A stretch of 26,309 nucleotides of DNA from Candidatus Izemoplasma acidinucleici (GTDB lineage: Bacteria > Bacillota_I > Bacilli_A > Izemoplasmatales > Izemoplasmataceae). Location: NCBI GenBank assembly GCA_004195325.1, contig SDWO01000054.1:1-26309 (forward strand), read 5' to 3'. Positions 8,921 to 17,570 of this stretch are shown in pieces (the stretch's first letter is position 1; every line of letters starts with the position of its first letter). The notes under the pieces are model-generated. The model was not told the origin of the DNA, searched no databases, and saw only the letters and a list, made by a program, of their open reading frames with translations. The translations under genes were made by a program, and so were the position numbers.

Positions 8921-9272
8921 GATTAATAACATATAAGCCATGTTCTGTACCTCTAATGAGGCGACAATCATTTATCTCTAGATACAAGTATCTAGCTCTT
9001 AGTTCAGTTCATTTACTGACTTAGAGTGCCCCTACCAATTTTGGGTTTCTAGCTTGCGGGGTTTACCCGTTCCATCTTCACAGTTTCCCATGAAGCTCGT
9101 CTCTGTGGCACTTTTAAAGTTAATAACACCATTTAACAGGTGCGTTCACAGCCGTCACACTTACGTGTGCATAAAGTTATGGTTTCCTCAATCACAATCA
9201 CTACAAGCATCTCAGCTTGTGCTAGCATGGACTTTCCTAACGCTTACGCGCTCGATTGTCCTGTTATTAATT
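8921..9272 (-). ncRNA. rnpB: RNase P RNA, bacterial type B (rnpB)
   Basis: Reverse complement contains 'GGAAAGTCCATGCTAGCACAAGCTGAGATGCTTGTAGTG' (P4/CR-I), 'AAAGTGCCACAG...GGAACGGGTAAACCCCGCAAGCTAGAAACCCAAAATTGGTAGGGG' (CR-II/III region) and 'ATGATTGTCGCCTCATTAGAGGTACAGAACATGGCTTA' (CR-V/P4 3' strand). These are near-identical to the B. subtilis type-B RNase P RNA. A P1 helix forms between 5' TTAATAACA and 3' TGTTATTAA. Exact ends are +/-10 nt. Confidence 0.92.
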
Positions 9273-9438
9273 CTTCTAATATTTCTTCTAAGTCTTCGAT
9301 ACAGTATCCGCAAGCAATTCCAACGTTTAGATGATCCCCTAGTTTTTCTAAAGTATCATATCCGTTCTTGATTGCGTCTTCTATCTCTTTATAAGTTACA
9401 CCTTCACAATGACAAATAACGTCAGAGTTATTTCTCAT
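9244..9438 (-). CDS. BFD-like [2Fe-2S]-binding domain protein (64 aa)
   Basis: '[40 protein letters not shown]' has a CxC...CxxC motif with spacing typical of the bacterioferritin-associated-ferredoxin-like (Fer2_BFD) fold. The ATG overlaps the last pnp codons by 11 nt. The last ~28 nt overlap the predicted 5' end of rnpB. Confidence 0.6.
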   Translation of the reverse strand: MRNNSDVICHCEGVTYKEIEDAIKNGYDTLEKLGDHLNVGIACGYCIEDLEEILEELITGQSSA

Positions 9439-11650
9439 CAGTCTTTGGTGCTTCTACTTTTACTTCTTCTTTAACTTCTTCTTTTTTTACTTCAACTTTT
9501 TTAACTTCAGGAGCTTTAACAAATGGTTTCTTCTCAACTTTAGGTTTAGGTAATGTATCTTTTCTTGATAAATCGATACGTCCTCTATCATCAATACCAA
9601 TTACTTTAACACTGATGATGTCTCCGAAGTTACAGATGTCTTCTACTTTGTTTACTCTTGAATGGTCTAGTTTACTGATGTGGCAAAGCCCGTCAGTACC
9701 TTTCCATAGTTCAACGAAGCAACCGAATTTTTCAACACGTACTACTTTACCGTTGTATACTTCTCCAACTTTAGCAACTCTAATGATATCAGTGATAATA
9801 GCGATTGCTTTATCAATGTCTTCATTGTTTGTATGCATGATAGTAACACGACCGTCTTGTTCGATGTCAATTTTAACATCATTACAAGATTCGATGATTT
9901 TAGTGATTTGTTTTCCACCAGGTCCGATAACGTCTCTGATTTTATCTGGATCAATGTTCATTAATCTTACTTTTGGAGCGAAGTCTGAAACTTCTTTTCT
10001 TCCAGCGTCAATTATTGAATTCATGTTGTCTAGAATTTGTAAACGAGCAATTCTTGCTTGTTCTAATGCTTCGAATAAGATGTCTCTACTTAAACCATCA
10101 ATTTTGATATCCATTTGTAAAGCAGTAATACCGTCTTTAGTACCAGCTACTTTAAAGTCCATATCTCCATAATGATCTTCCATACCTTGAATATCTGTAA
10201 GGATACTGTAGAAGTCTCCTTCTTTGATTAATCCCATTGCAATACCAGCAACTGGTGCTTTAATTGGAACTCCAGCAGCCATTAAACTCATACTACCAGC
10301 ACAGATTGTTGCTTGTGAAGATGAACCGTTAGATTCTAATACTTCACTTACGACACGTACTGTGTAAGGGAAATCTTCTTCATTTGGCATTACTTGACGA
10401 AGTGCACGTTCACCTAACATACCGTGACCGATTTCTCTACGTCCAGCTCCAACATAACGTCCAGTTTCTCCAACTGAATATTGAGGGAAGTTATAATGTA
10501 GCATGAATGTTTTCTTTTGCATTTCATCCATACCATCAATTTTTTTGTGTTCACTTAAGCTACCTAATGTAGTTAAAGCCAAAGCTTGTGTTTGTCCACG
10601 TGTGAACATTGCAGAACCATGAGTTCTTGTGAAGATATCAATTTTGCTTTCAAGTGCTCTTAATTCATCTAATCCACGACCATCAGGACGTATTTTATCT
10701 TCACTAATTGCTCTTCTCATTTCGTCTTGAACGATTTGAGAGCATACACCTTTAACATCATTTAGTAATGAACGTAAATCATCTTTGTCCATTCCTTGAT
10801 TGTTTTCTTCGAATGTAGCTACTGCTTTATTTGTAAGTTCACTTATTGCTACACCACGTGCTAATTTTTCTTCGATAGAAACTGCTTTTACTAATTCAGC
10901 TTTGATTAAGTTAGAAACTTCTGTAGTTAATTCTTCATCAATTGTTTTTAATGTGTATTCTACTTTTTCTTTACCTACTTCAGCAATAATTTCTTCTTGG
11001 AATGCACATATTTTTTTAATCCATTCGTGTCCGAATAAGATTGCATCTAGCATATCTGTTTCATTAACGATTTTTGCATGTGATTCAACCATGTTGATTG
11101 CTTTTTTAGTTCCAGCAACAGTTAATGTAATGTCACTTAATTCTTTTTGAGCTTTTGTTGGGTTTACTACTAATTTACCATCAACTCTACCTACGTTAAC
11201 ACCAGCGATTGGTCCCATGAATGGAATATCACTAATTCCTAACGCTAAACTTGAACCGATCATAGCAGTCATTTCAGGAGTGTAATCTGTGTTAGCACTC
11301 ATTACTGTATTGATTAATTGTAAGTCGTATTTGAATCCTTTAGGGAATAACGGTCTGATAGGTCTGTCGATTAAACGAGATGTTAATGTTTCGTTATCAC
11401 TTGGTCTTCCTTCTCTTTTTAAGAATCCACCAGGTATTTTACCTGCGGCATACATTTTTTCTGTGTATAGTACCATTAATGGGAAGAACCCCGCTGTTGA
11501 AGGTTGTTTCCCGACAGCACTAACACTTAGTACTGCTGTATCTTCGTAACGAATTAAAACTGCACCTGCAGCTTGTTTCGCCATTTCCCCGGTTTCAACG
11601 ATAAGGTCCCTACCGTCAAAATCCATCTTGAATGTTTTTCTCTCTGACAT
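9428..11650 (-). CDS. pnp: Polynucleotide phosphorylase (PNPase)
   Basis: 740 aa. It has two RNase PH-like domains, then a KH domain and an S1 domain ('[15 protein letters not shown]...GLCHISKL'). It ends in a ~35-aa Lys/Glu-rich tail. AGAGGA SD; ATG at 11650. No rpsO gene lies upstream in this window. Confidence 0.95.
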   Translation of the reverse strand: MSERKTFKMDFDGRDLIVETGEMAKQAAGAVLIRYEDTAVLSVSAVGKQPSTAGFFPLMVLYTEKMYAAGKIPGGFLKREGRPSDNETLTSRLIDRPIRPLFPKGFKYDLQLINTVMSANTDYTPEMTAMIGSSLALGISDIPFMGPIAGVNVGRVDGKLVVNPTKAQKELSDITLTVAGTKKAINMVESHAKIVNETDMLDAILFGHEWIKKICAFQEEIIAEVGKEKVEYTLKTIDEELTTEVSNLIKAELVKAVSIEEKLARGVAISELTNKAVATFEENNQGMDKDDLRSLLNDVKGVCSQIVQDEMRRAISEDKIRPDGRGLDELRALESKIDIFTRTHGSAMFTRGQTQALALTTLGSLSEHKKIDGMDEMQKKTFMLHYNFPQYSVGETGRYVGAGRREIGHGMLGERALRQVMPNEEDFPYTVRVVSEVLESNGSSSQATICAGSMSLMAAGVPIKAPVAGIAMGLIKEGDFYSILTDIQGMEDHYGDMDFKVAGTKDGITALQMDIKIDGLSRDILFEALEQARIARLQILDNMNSIIDAGRKEVSDFAPKVRLMNIDPDKIRDVIGPGGKQITKIIESCNDVKIDIEQDGRVTIMHTNNEDIDKAIAIITDIIRVAKVGEVYNGKVVRVEKFGCFVELWKGTDGLCHISKLDHSRVNKVEDICNFGDIISVKVIGIDDRGRIDLSRKDTLPKPKVEKKPFVKAPEVKKVEVKKEEVKEEVKVEAPKTDEK

Positions 11651-11920
11651 TCTTTTTCCTCTTTTCTCTTCTCTTTATTTTTCAGTATATAATATATCAC
11701 ATATACCTCTATTTTAAAAGCAATATAAATAAATAACAAGCCTATAGCATATATAAAATTCTATCCTCTTTATAATACGCGAGAAGTATACTCCTTGAAA
11801 TCATTCATATTCTGCTTACCAAGTTAGTAGAATTGTGTGATGAATAAAATGAGTAGAGTACAGAAACGAACTTCTAAGTACACATAGTCTTTATTGTATA
11901 TGGGTTTGATTTTTAACTTG

Positions 11921-11946
11921 CTTTAGATTGTGATATAATGAAATAT
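11921..11946 (+). promoter_or_regulatory. Putative promoter of the EAL sensor gene (extended -10 TGTGATATAAT)
   Basis: ttgctttagatTGTGATATAATgaaatataat lies about 60 nt upstream of ATG 12008. The leader contains a GGTTTTT direct-repeat trio and a small hairpin tttggg-uacc-cccaaa. Confidence 0.35.
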
Positions 11947-12007
11947 AATTGGTTTTTGAGGTTTTTATGGTTTGGGTACCCCCAAATCACAAAGGGATGT
12001 GGTAACT

Positions 12008-14659
12008 ATGAAGAAGAATAGAATACTCATATTTATTTTTAAAAAATCAACATTATTACTATTAACTTTTTTAATTATACTTAATGTTGGTTATCAGTTA
12101 TTTTTACATACAAAAACCGTGGATTCTATTGAGGAAGCTAAGTCTACTCAAACGGAGATTTTAAACGCAGCTAACATCTCATTAAATAGCTATCTAGTAA
12201 ATATTGAAGCGATAGTTTTAGAAATTTCGACTTCTTATGAAGTTCAGGAATTTCTTCTGAATAGTACCACTAAATCTAATCTAGAATCTAATTTACTTAA
12301 TAAAATGACTTTCAGGTCCGAATTAACCCAAGTCCGTCTTATTAATGAAGATGGATTTGAGACTGTCAGAATTAATTATGATGGTTCAGATCTTGTTATA
12401 ATTCCTGAAGAAAATCTACAGGACAAATCAGCACGTGATTATTTTATCAATACTTCTGTCCTTAATACCGGTGAAGTTTATGTATCTCAGCTGGATTACA
12501 ATATGGAATATGATGAAATAGTGATTCCACTGGAACCTGTGATTCGTTTCGCTACCCCCTTATATCTTAATAACGTGTATAAAGGAATCCTTATCATAAA
12601 TGTTGATGCTGTACGTATTATGGAACATCTAAGTGAATTTAATGATATTTCCACATTTAATCTTTCAATTGGTTTGGCAGACAATGACTCTTATTGGTCT
12701 TTTTCTGATGATTCAGAGTCCGATTTTTTATACTATCAAAAAGATGAGGATAGTACATTAGATTTAACACCTTATTTTTATAGGGAATCAGATCATCTAT
12801 TATATAACCATGGTTCTTACGAATATGATGAACTGATTTATACTACTCAAGAACATATTATATATCATGATGATTCAAATACGGATCATCTTAAGTTGAT
12901 ATCAATACTTTCAGACTCTATTATAAAAGATTTACCTGGAAACTCTTTTTTGTTTTCGCCTTACGCTATTGTAGTTATTAACTTCACAATCCTTGTTCTT
13001 GCTCATATAATCTCATTGGTTTTTGGACAAAGAAGCGGGAAAATAAAATATAGTTTAGTATCAAATTTTATTGCCGATTATAATTCAAGAGCTGTTATTG
13101 TTACTAACAATGATCGTAAAACGTTATATGTTAACTCTGTTTGGGCAAATACATATGAATACAACAGCTCAGAGATGCTGAATAAAGATCCTGTAGCTTT
13201 GATATCAGAGGAATTTAGATTCAAAATAAAGAGTGAAACATCTGAGTCAAATAAAGTTGCCAATTCCTTTCTAAAATCATTAGTATGGAATAGAACGAAG
13301 AGTGGTATTTTTGTTTTAAAATTGTTAACTCTTAAAACGATATCTGCTACTACTAAAAAAGACTCTTATTATGTTGGGATTTATGAAGATCCGAAGTCTA
13401 TGGATATTCAAGTAATCGATTTAGAAAAACCAATAACACCTCAAAATCAATTTGATCACATAATTTTAAAGTATATAGGAAGTAAAATTGACAAAAGTTG
13501 TGATAATTCTGTCCTCGTCTGTATTAATTACACTGTTAAACAAGATAACGAGGATTCAAAAAAACACCTTGATGAGTTCTCTCTCTCAAAAAAAGTTAAA
13601 AGTAAACTAGACCAAATATACACAAATATCAATTCCTTTTTCTTAAGTAAAAATCGGATTGTTTTCCATGTTCATCTTGATTATAAGCCAATTGAAAGTT
13701 TAATTTCGGAATTACTATACTCGATAACTGAGATTTTAGGAGAAGATAAAAATACTATTTCGGTAAATATTGGAGTTAGTAAATATGAAGATTCCATCGA
13801 GGAATTTATTAAATCCTCATTTTATGCCCTAACACATTCCATAACATATAAAACAGACTACACAGTTTATTCCATAGATGTCAAATCATCTTTAGTAAGA
13901 TCTTTTGAAATCCACAATAAGCTAGATGAAGGGTTCAATAACGAACGTTTTAGCGTTGTATACCAACCACAAAGAAATACAAAAACAAGAGCAATTGCTT
14001 CTTGTGAAGCTCTTTCTCGATGGACAGACCCTGATCTTGGTACCGTTTATCCAAATGAGTTTATACCTATGTTAATTGATCGAGGGATGATTACAAGTTT
14101 AACAAAGTTAGTTGTAAAAACAGTTATCAGGGACGCTGAAAAATACATATCACTTATTCCTGAGGATTTCATATTTTCTGTTAATATAACTGTTGCTGAT
14201 TTGGATCTTGAAAATCTTAAAACCGGGATTGTAAAGCAAATTAATAATAGCATAATTCCAAACTCACACTTTGCCTTTGAAATTGTTGAAGATATGCTTA
14301 TGAAGGATATCTCGGATATCAAAGATGTATTCAAATACATTAAAAGTCAGAACATAAGAATATATCTTGATGATTTTGGAACTGGTTATTCTTCTCTTGC
14401 ATATTTAACTCAATTTAAATTTGATAAGATAAAAATTGATCGACAATTTATTATGGATTATCCCAAAAAGGACAATGGATCATTAATAAAATTAATTAAG
14501 TCTCTAGCTACTGAATTACATGTTCCTGTAATAATGGAAGGTGTAGAAACAGAGTCACAATTAGAATTTATATCTAGATTGGAATGCGAACAATATCAAG
14601 GTTTCCTTGATTCAAGACCAACTTATTTAGGTAATTTCATTAGAAAAGTTACTAAGTAA
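12008..14659 (+). CDS. Membrane-anchored c-di-GMP phosphodiesterase: extracytoplasmic sensor domain, PAS, degenerate GGDEF, EAL
   Basis: The ORF track starts at a TTG (11972). ATG 12008 (MKKNRILIF...) has an AAAGGGA SD and is used here. TM1 spans about aa 8-30, a ~270-aa predicted extracellular domain follows, and TM2 is 'FLFSPYAIVVINFTILVLAHIISLVF'. A PAS-like segment ('AVIVTNNDRKTLYVNSVWANTYEYNSSEMLNKDP') comes next. The GGDEF-like domain has no GG(D/E)EF motif; 'KNRIVFHV' occupies that position. EAL domain motifs are all present: YQPQ, 'CEALSRW', 'NITVADLDL', 'FEIVED', 'DDFGTGYSSLAYL', 'KIKIDRQFI', 'EGVETESQ' and 'QGFL'. Confidence 0.85.
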   Translation: MKKNRILIFIFKKSTLLLLTFLIILNVGYQLFLHTKTVDSIEEAKSTQTEILNAANISLNSYLVNIEAIVLEISTSYEVQEFLLNSTTKSNLESNLLNKMTFRSELTQVRLINEDGFETVRINYDGSDLVIIPEENLQDKSARDYFINTSVLNTGEVYVSQLDYNMEYDEIVIPLEPVIRFATPLYLNNVYKGILIINVDAVRIMEHLSEFNDISTFNLSIGLADNDSYWSFSDDSESDFLYYQKDEDSTLDLTPYFYRESDHLLYNHGSYEYDELIYTTQEHIIYHDDSNTDHLKLISILSDSIIKDLPGNSFLFSPYAIVVINFTILVLAHIISLVFGQRSGKIKYSLVSNFIADYNSRAVIVTNNDRKTLYVNSVWANTYEYNSSEMLNKDPVALISEEFRFKIKSETSESNKVANSFLKSLVWNRTKSGIFVLKLLTLKTISATTKKDSYYVGIYEDPKSMDIQVIDLEKPITPQNQFDHIILKYIGSKIDKSCDNSVLVCINYTVKQDNEDSKKHLDEFSLSKKVKSKLDQIYTNINSFFLSKNRIVFHVHLDYKPIESLISELLYSITEILGEDKNTISVNIGVSKYEDSIEEFIKSSFYALTHSITYKTDYTVYSIDVKSSLVRSFEIHNKLDEGFNNERFSVVYQPQRNTKTRAIASCEALSRWTDPDLGTVYPNEFIPMLIDRGMITSLTKLVVKTVIRDAEKYISLIPEDFIFSVNITVADLDLENLKTGIVKQINNSIIPNSHFAFEIVEDMLMKDISDIKDVFKYIKSQNIRIYLDDFGTGYSSLAYLTQFKFDKIKIDRQFIMDYPKKDNGSLIKLIKSLATELHVPVIMEGVETESQLEFISRLECEQYQGFLDSRPTYLGNFIRKVTK

Positions 14660-14727
14660 TTAAAACTGATAATAATATATAGAAGATTCAGACTATAAAG
14701 TATTAAAATCGCTAAAGGGGTGGTTAT

Positions 14728-15981
14728 ATGGAAGTTGTTACATTTAAGAATTTTGTACTACCTATTATTAAAACATTAGATACCTATAATAGTTTATTGG
14801 AATTTCATCATAAACGAACAGCAGTAATTAGTTACCATCTTGGTAAAGAACTAAATCTTTCAAAAGAGGATATGTTTACGCTTGTTGTTGCTGCTTCAAT
14901 TCATGATATTGGTGCAATTACAATACGAGAAAGAGATGATTTACTTAGCGAGGAAGTTCAAAGACCTAAAGACCATTGTATGATGGGGTTTAGAATGTTA
15001 GAATCACATTCTTCTTTCAAAGATGTTGCATACGTCATCAAACATCATCACATTCATTATGATGAATTAGCTACCTATAATGAGGAAATTTCGTTTTTGT
15101 CCCATGTATTACATTTTGCTGATAGAATTGATATTATGAGTGACAATGTTGAAAAGAGCGCTGAAAACATTAGTTCAATCCAACTGAAACTAAAGGAACA
15201 GGCAGGTACTCTCTTCCATCCTCTAGTCTATAGTGCATTTGAGAAACTAGTTAGAAACAGTGATTTCTGGAGTTCAATTCAGGAACTGAGTATTGATTCA
15301 ATCTTTAATTTACTGGATATTCCATTGCATGCTGAATTAAACTATTCTGATGTAGTAAGTTTCTCTCAAGTTGTTTCACATATTATTGACTTTAGAAACC
15401 AATTTACTTCAAGTCATTCATTCTGTGTTGCACATCTAGCAAAGAAATTTGGAGAATGGTTAGATATGTCATCTGAGGATTGTGATAAACTACTAGTTGC
15501 TGGATATTTTCACGATATTGGGAAAATATCTCTAGAACCAGAATTGATTGAAAAACATGATGCATTTAGTCAAGATGATAAAAAGCAGTACGCATTACAT
15601 TCTCATTTTACAGAGAAGATATTAGAGGATTTAAAAGCTAATAAATGGTTTGAAGATGTGATAGAATGGGCTTCACACCATCATGTTGATTATCAATTTA
15701 CTAATGGTTCAAATAGTATTGAACATTCAAAAGCGGAGTTCGGGGCAAGAGTAATTGCTTATGCTGATATTATCTCTGCATTATTGGAGGATAGACCTTA
15801 TCGCCAAAGATTACACATTGATTTCGTGTTTGATATTCTTGAAAAAGAATATTCAACTCTTATTTCATATGATATCTTTGAGAAACTTGTTACAAAGAAA
15901 GATGAAATAAATAACCTATTTATTGAATGTAACAATGAAATTCAAAAACTATACAAGAAAGAGTATCCAAACAATATATAA
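14728..15981 (+). CDS. Tandem HD-GYP-like (HDIG-type) metal-dependent phosphohydrolase lacking the GYP signature
   Basis: 417 aa. AAAGGGG SD; ATG at 14728. Two repeats each carry a full H...HD...H...HH...D metal-ligand pattern. Repeat 1 reads 'FHHKRTAVISYH', 'SIHDIGAI', 'KHHHIHYDE' and 'LHFADRIDIMS'. Repeat 2 reads 'CVAHLAKK', 'YFHDIGKISLEPELI', 'ASHHHVDYQF' and 'AYADIISALLEDRPYRQ'. HH-x-x-YD/E replaces the canonical HHExxDGxGYP. Confidence 0.8.
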   Translation: MEVVTFKNFVLPIIKTLDTYNSLLEFHHKRTAVISYHLGKELNLSKEDMFTLVVAASIHDIGAITIRERDDLLSEEVQRPKDHCMMGFRMLESHSSFKDVAYVIKHHHIHYDELATYNEEISFLSHVLHFADRIDIMSDNVEKSAENISSIQLKLKEQAGTLFHPLVYSAFEKLVRNSDFWSSIQELSIDSIFNLLDIPLHAELNYSDVVSFSQVVSHIIDFRNQFTSSHSFCVAHLAKKFGEWLDMSSEDCDKLLVAGYFHDIGKISLEPELIEKHDAFSQDDKKQYALHSHFTEKILEDLKANKWFEDVIEWASHHHVDYQFTNGSNSIEHSKAEFGARVIAYADIISALLEDRPYRQRLHIDFVFDILEKEYSTLISYDIFEKLVTKKDEINNLFIECNNEIQKLYKKEYPNNI

Positions 15982-16010
15982 ACTCACTATAATGTAGTGA
16001 GTTTTTTAAT
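15981..16010 (+). terminator. Rho-independent terminator of the EAL/HD operon
   Basis: aactcacta-taatg-tagtgagtt plus tttttaatt lies directly after the TAA stop. Confidence 0.75.
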
Positions 16011-16023
16011 TGAGTTGTTCCTA

Positions 16024-16050
16024 ATAAAAAAAGAGTGGAAATCACTCTTT
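16024..16050 (-). terminator. Rho-independent terminator of the tetR small-membrane-protein operon
   Basis: aagagtg-gaaat-cactctt overlaps the TAA stop of gene 16049..16444. The A-run on the plus strand gives a T-run on the minus strand. Confidence 0.65.
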
Positions 16051-16444
16051 ATGTTTTACTTTTAGTATTGTATTGAATTATTTCAATACGTCTTTGCTTA
16101 TCTGTTTCTATATATATTGCAACTCCTCTAAACACTGTTAGAACTGATGTTATCGATAACCCGATTTTTAGTAAGTTCAAGTATGTTAAGCTAGTATCTG
16201 ACCTGTTTTCCTGTCGCCTTAAATCATTAATAATTCTTTGTGCTGGATGCCAGGCAATTTCGAATGGATCAGTTAAACCTTCAAGTTCTAAATTAAGAAC
16301 TCTTATTTCTGAATTAATACTTTCTAATTCCTTATTGATTCTATTCGTATTTAATTGAATTATGATAACACTTACCAAACTAATGAAACTGATTATGAAT
16401 AGTGTCAAAATGATGAATTTGCTTTTTCCCTTAATATTGCTCAT
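16049..16444 (-). CDS. Hypothetical small membrane protein (N- and C-terminal TM helices flanking a coiled-coil-like loop)
   Basis: 131 aa. GGAAGGTGA SD; ATG at 16444. TM1 is 'FIILTLFIISFISLVSVIII'. The central region 'NKELESINSEIRVLNLELEGL' is heptad-like. TM2 is 'LLKIGLSITSVLTVFRGVAIYI'. Confidence 0.6.
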   Translation of the reverse strand: MSNIKGKSKFIILTLFIISFISLVSVIIIQLNTNRINKELESINSEIRVLNLELEGLTDPFEIAWHPAQRIINDLRRQENRSDTSLTYLNLLKIGLSITSVLTVFRGVAIYIETDKQRRIEIIQYNTKSKT

Positions 16445-16486
16445 AATATCACCTTCCTAAATCTATCATAATCCAACTTCTTAATT

Positions 16487-16825
16487 TCATTCTGCTGTTT
16501 TATATTTTTTTCGTTGCGTTATATCTGTCATAATGTAATACGAACCAGCTCCAAGGAAAAAGATTCCGACTCCGGTGTAAAACATTTCTGATCTTTCTAA
16601 ATCTATTAATTCTCTTTTATTCTCGTTATATGATTGTGTAAATTGATTTATATCTGTTGAATCACCATGTAATGCCTCATAAGTACTAATTCTACCCTCT
16701 ATATCTTCTATATCATCTTGGAGACCAACATAATTGAATATCGAAAAGATAATCGCTGCAACAGATATAATTATTGCCAAAGCGTTATGGAACTTAGTTT
16801 TGTTTTCTTCTTTTTTCGTTGACAT
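16487..16825 (-). CDS. Hypothetical small membrane protein (2 TM), same topology as the downstream 131-aa protein
   Basis: The ORF-track start (16840) is a TTG. ATG 16825 (MSTKKEENK...) has a GGTGA SD and gives 112 aa. TM1 is 'ALAIIISVAAIIFSIFNYV'. An acidic ~45-aa loop follows. TM2 is 'FYTGVGIFFLGAGSYYI'. Confidence 0.55.
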   Translation of the reverse strand: MSTKKEENKTKFHNALAIIISVAAIIFSIFNYVGLQDDIEDIEGRISTYEALHGDSTDINQFTQSYNENKRELIDLERSEMFYTGVGIFFLGAGSYYIMTDITQRKKYKTAE

Positions 16826-16872
16826 AATATCACCATCCAAAAACCATTATAACAAAAAAACTAAGCAATTGC

Positions 16873-17532
16873 TTAGTCTTTTTTAATGTAATGAATAAAC
16901 ATATCAACTAAATCATCTAAACATCGTTCTGCATAGAGATCCGTTTCATTATGTAAGTAACCAACTCTGCTCACTAATTTTTGCGTTGTCGATGACATCA
17001 CTTGAGAAACGAAACTATAGATATATTTCATATCAATATCATCTCGTATTTCTCCATTGTCTTTCCCCTCTTTAATTAAAGTAAGGAAATGATCTTTAAT
17101 GTCTGATATCTTCGACTCAAAATTCTCTGATTTACGATCATTTACAACATGTTCCATATAACCATCAAAATCTTCAGTGAAAATCAAGAATTTCGGATAG
17201 TCTTGTAGTAATGTTTTAAATAGTCCTAAATATATACGAATTTTATCTAAGGCTGAAATGTCTGATTCTAATTGTTGTGCCATCTGAGCACTAAATACTT
17301 CATACATTTCCTTCCAGTATAAAAACGCCACTAGTTTTGCTAGTTCGTTTTTGTCAGTAAAATAGCGGTAAACACTTGCTTCTCCAACACCGGCTCTTTT
17401 GGCGATGTTTTTGATTTTGGAATTCATGATTCCCTGCTCCACAAATTCTTCTCTAGCTGCTGTCACAACCCGTTTGATACGCTCATTCTCAAGAAGTTTC
17501 ATGACATCATCATATTTGTCTTGATTTGGCAT
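16873..17532 (-). CDS. TetR/AcrR-family transcriptional regulator
   Basis: N-terminal HTH 'IKNIAKRAGVGEASVYRYFTDKNELAKLVAF' is the TetR_N signature. The ORF-track start 17541 is a GTG. ATG 17532 (MPNQDKY...) has an AGGTAGGTGA SD and gives 219 aa. It is first in an operon with the two small membrane proteins. Confidence 0.8.
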   Translation of the reverse strand: MPNQDKYDDVMKLLENERIKRVVTAAREEFVEQGIMNSKIKNIAKRAGVGEASVYRYFTDKNELAKLVAFLYWKEMYEVFSAQMAQQLESDISALDKIRIYLGLFKTLLQDYPKFLIFTEDFDGYMEHVVNDRKSENFESKISDIKDHFLTLIKEGKDNGEIRDDIDMKYIYSFVSQVMSSTTQKLVSRVGYLHNETDLYAERCLDDLVDMFIHYIKKD

Positions 17533-17570
17533 ATTAATCACCTACCTAATTTCATTATAAAACTTATATT

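Noticed and set aside
9054-9371. Two plus-strand ORFs (105 aa and 64 aa) at 9054..9371 and 9140..9334
   Set aside because: They lie on top of the RNase P RNA gene (minus strand). The higher-GC structured RNA yields open frames, and there is no SD.
5032-11549. Antisense ORFs inside lepA (5032..5505) and pnp (9615..10172, 9742..9954, 10800..11150, 11289..11549)
   Set aside because: They are embedded in the opposite strand of strongly supported housekeeping genes. They have no ribosome-binding sites and a low-complexity composition.
11651-12007. Long leader upstream of the EAL gene as a possible c-di-GMP (GEMM) riboswitch or T-box
   Set aside because: I could not find the conserved GEMM-I/II cores or a T-box specifier and antiterminator sequence by eye. 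Only a small 6-bp hairpin and GGTTTTT repeats are present. An Rfam scan would be needed to exclude it formally.
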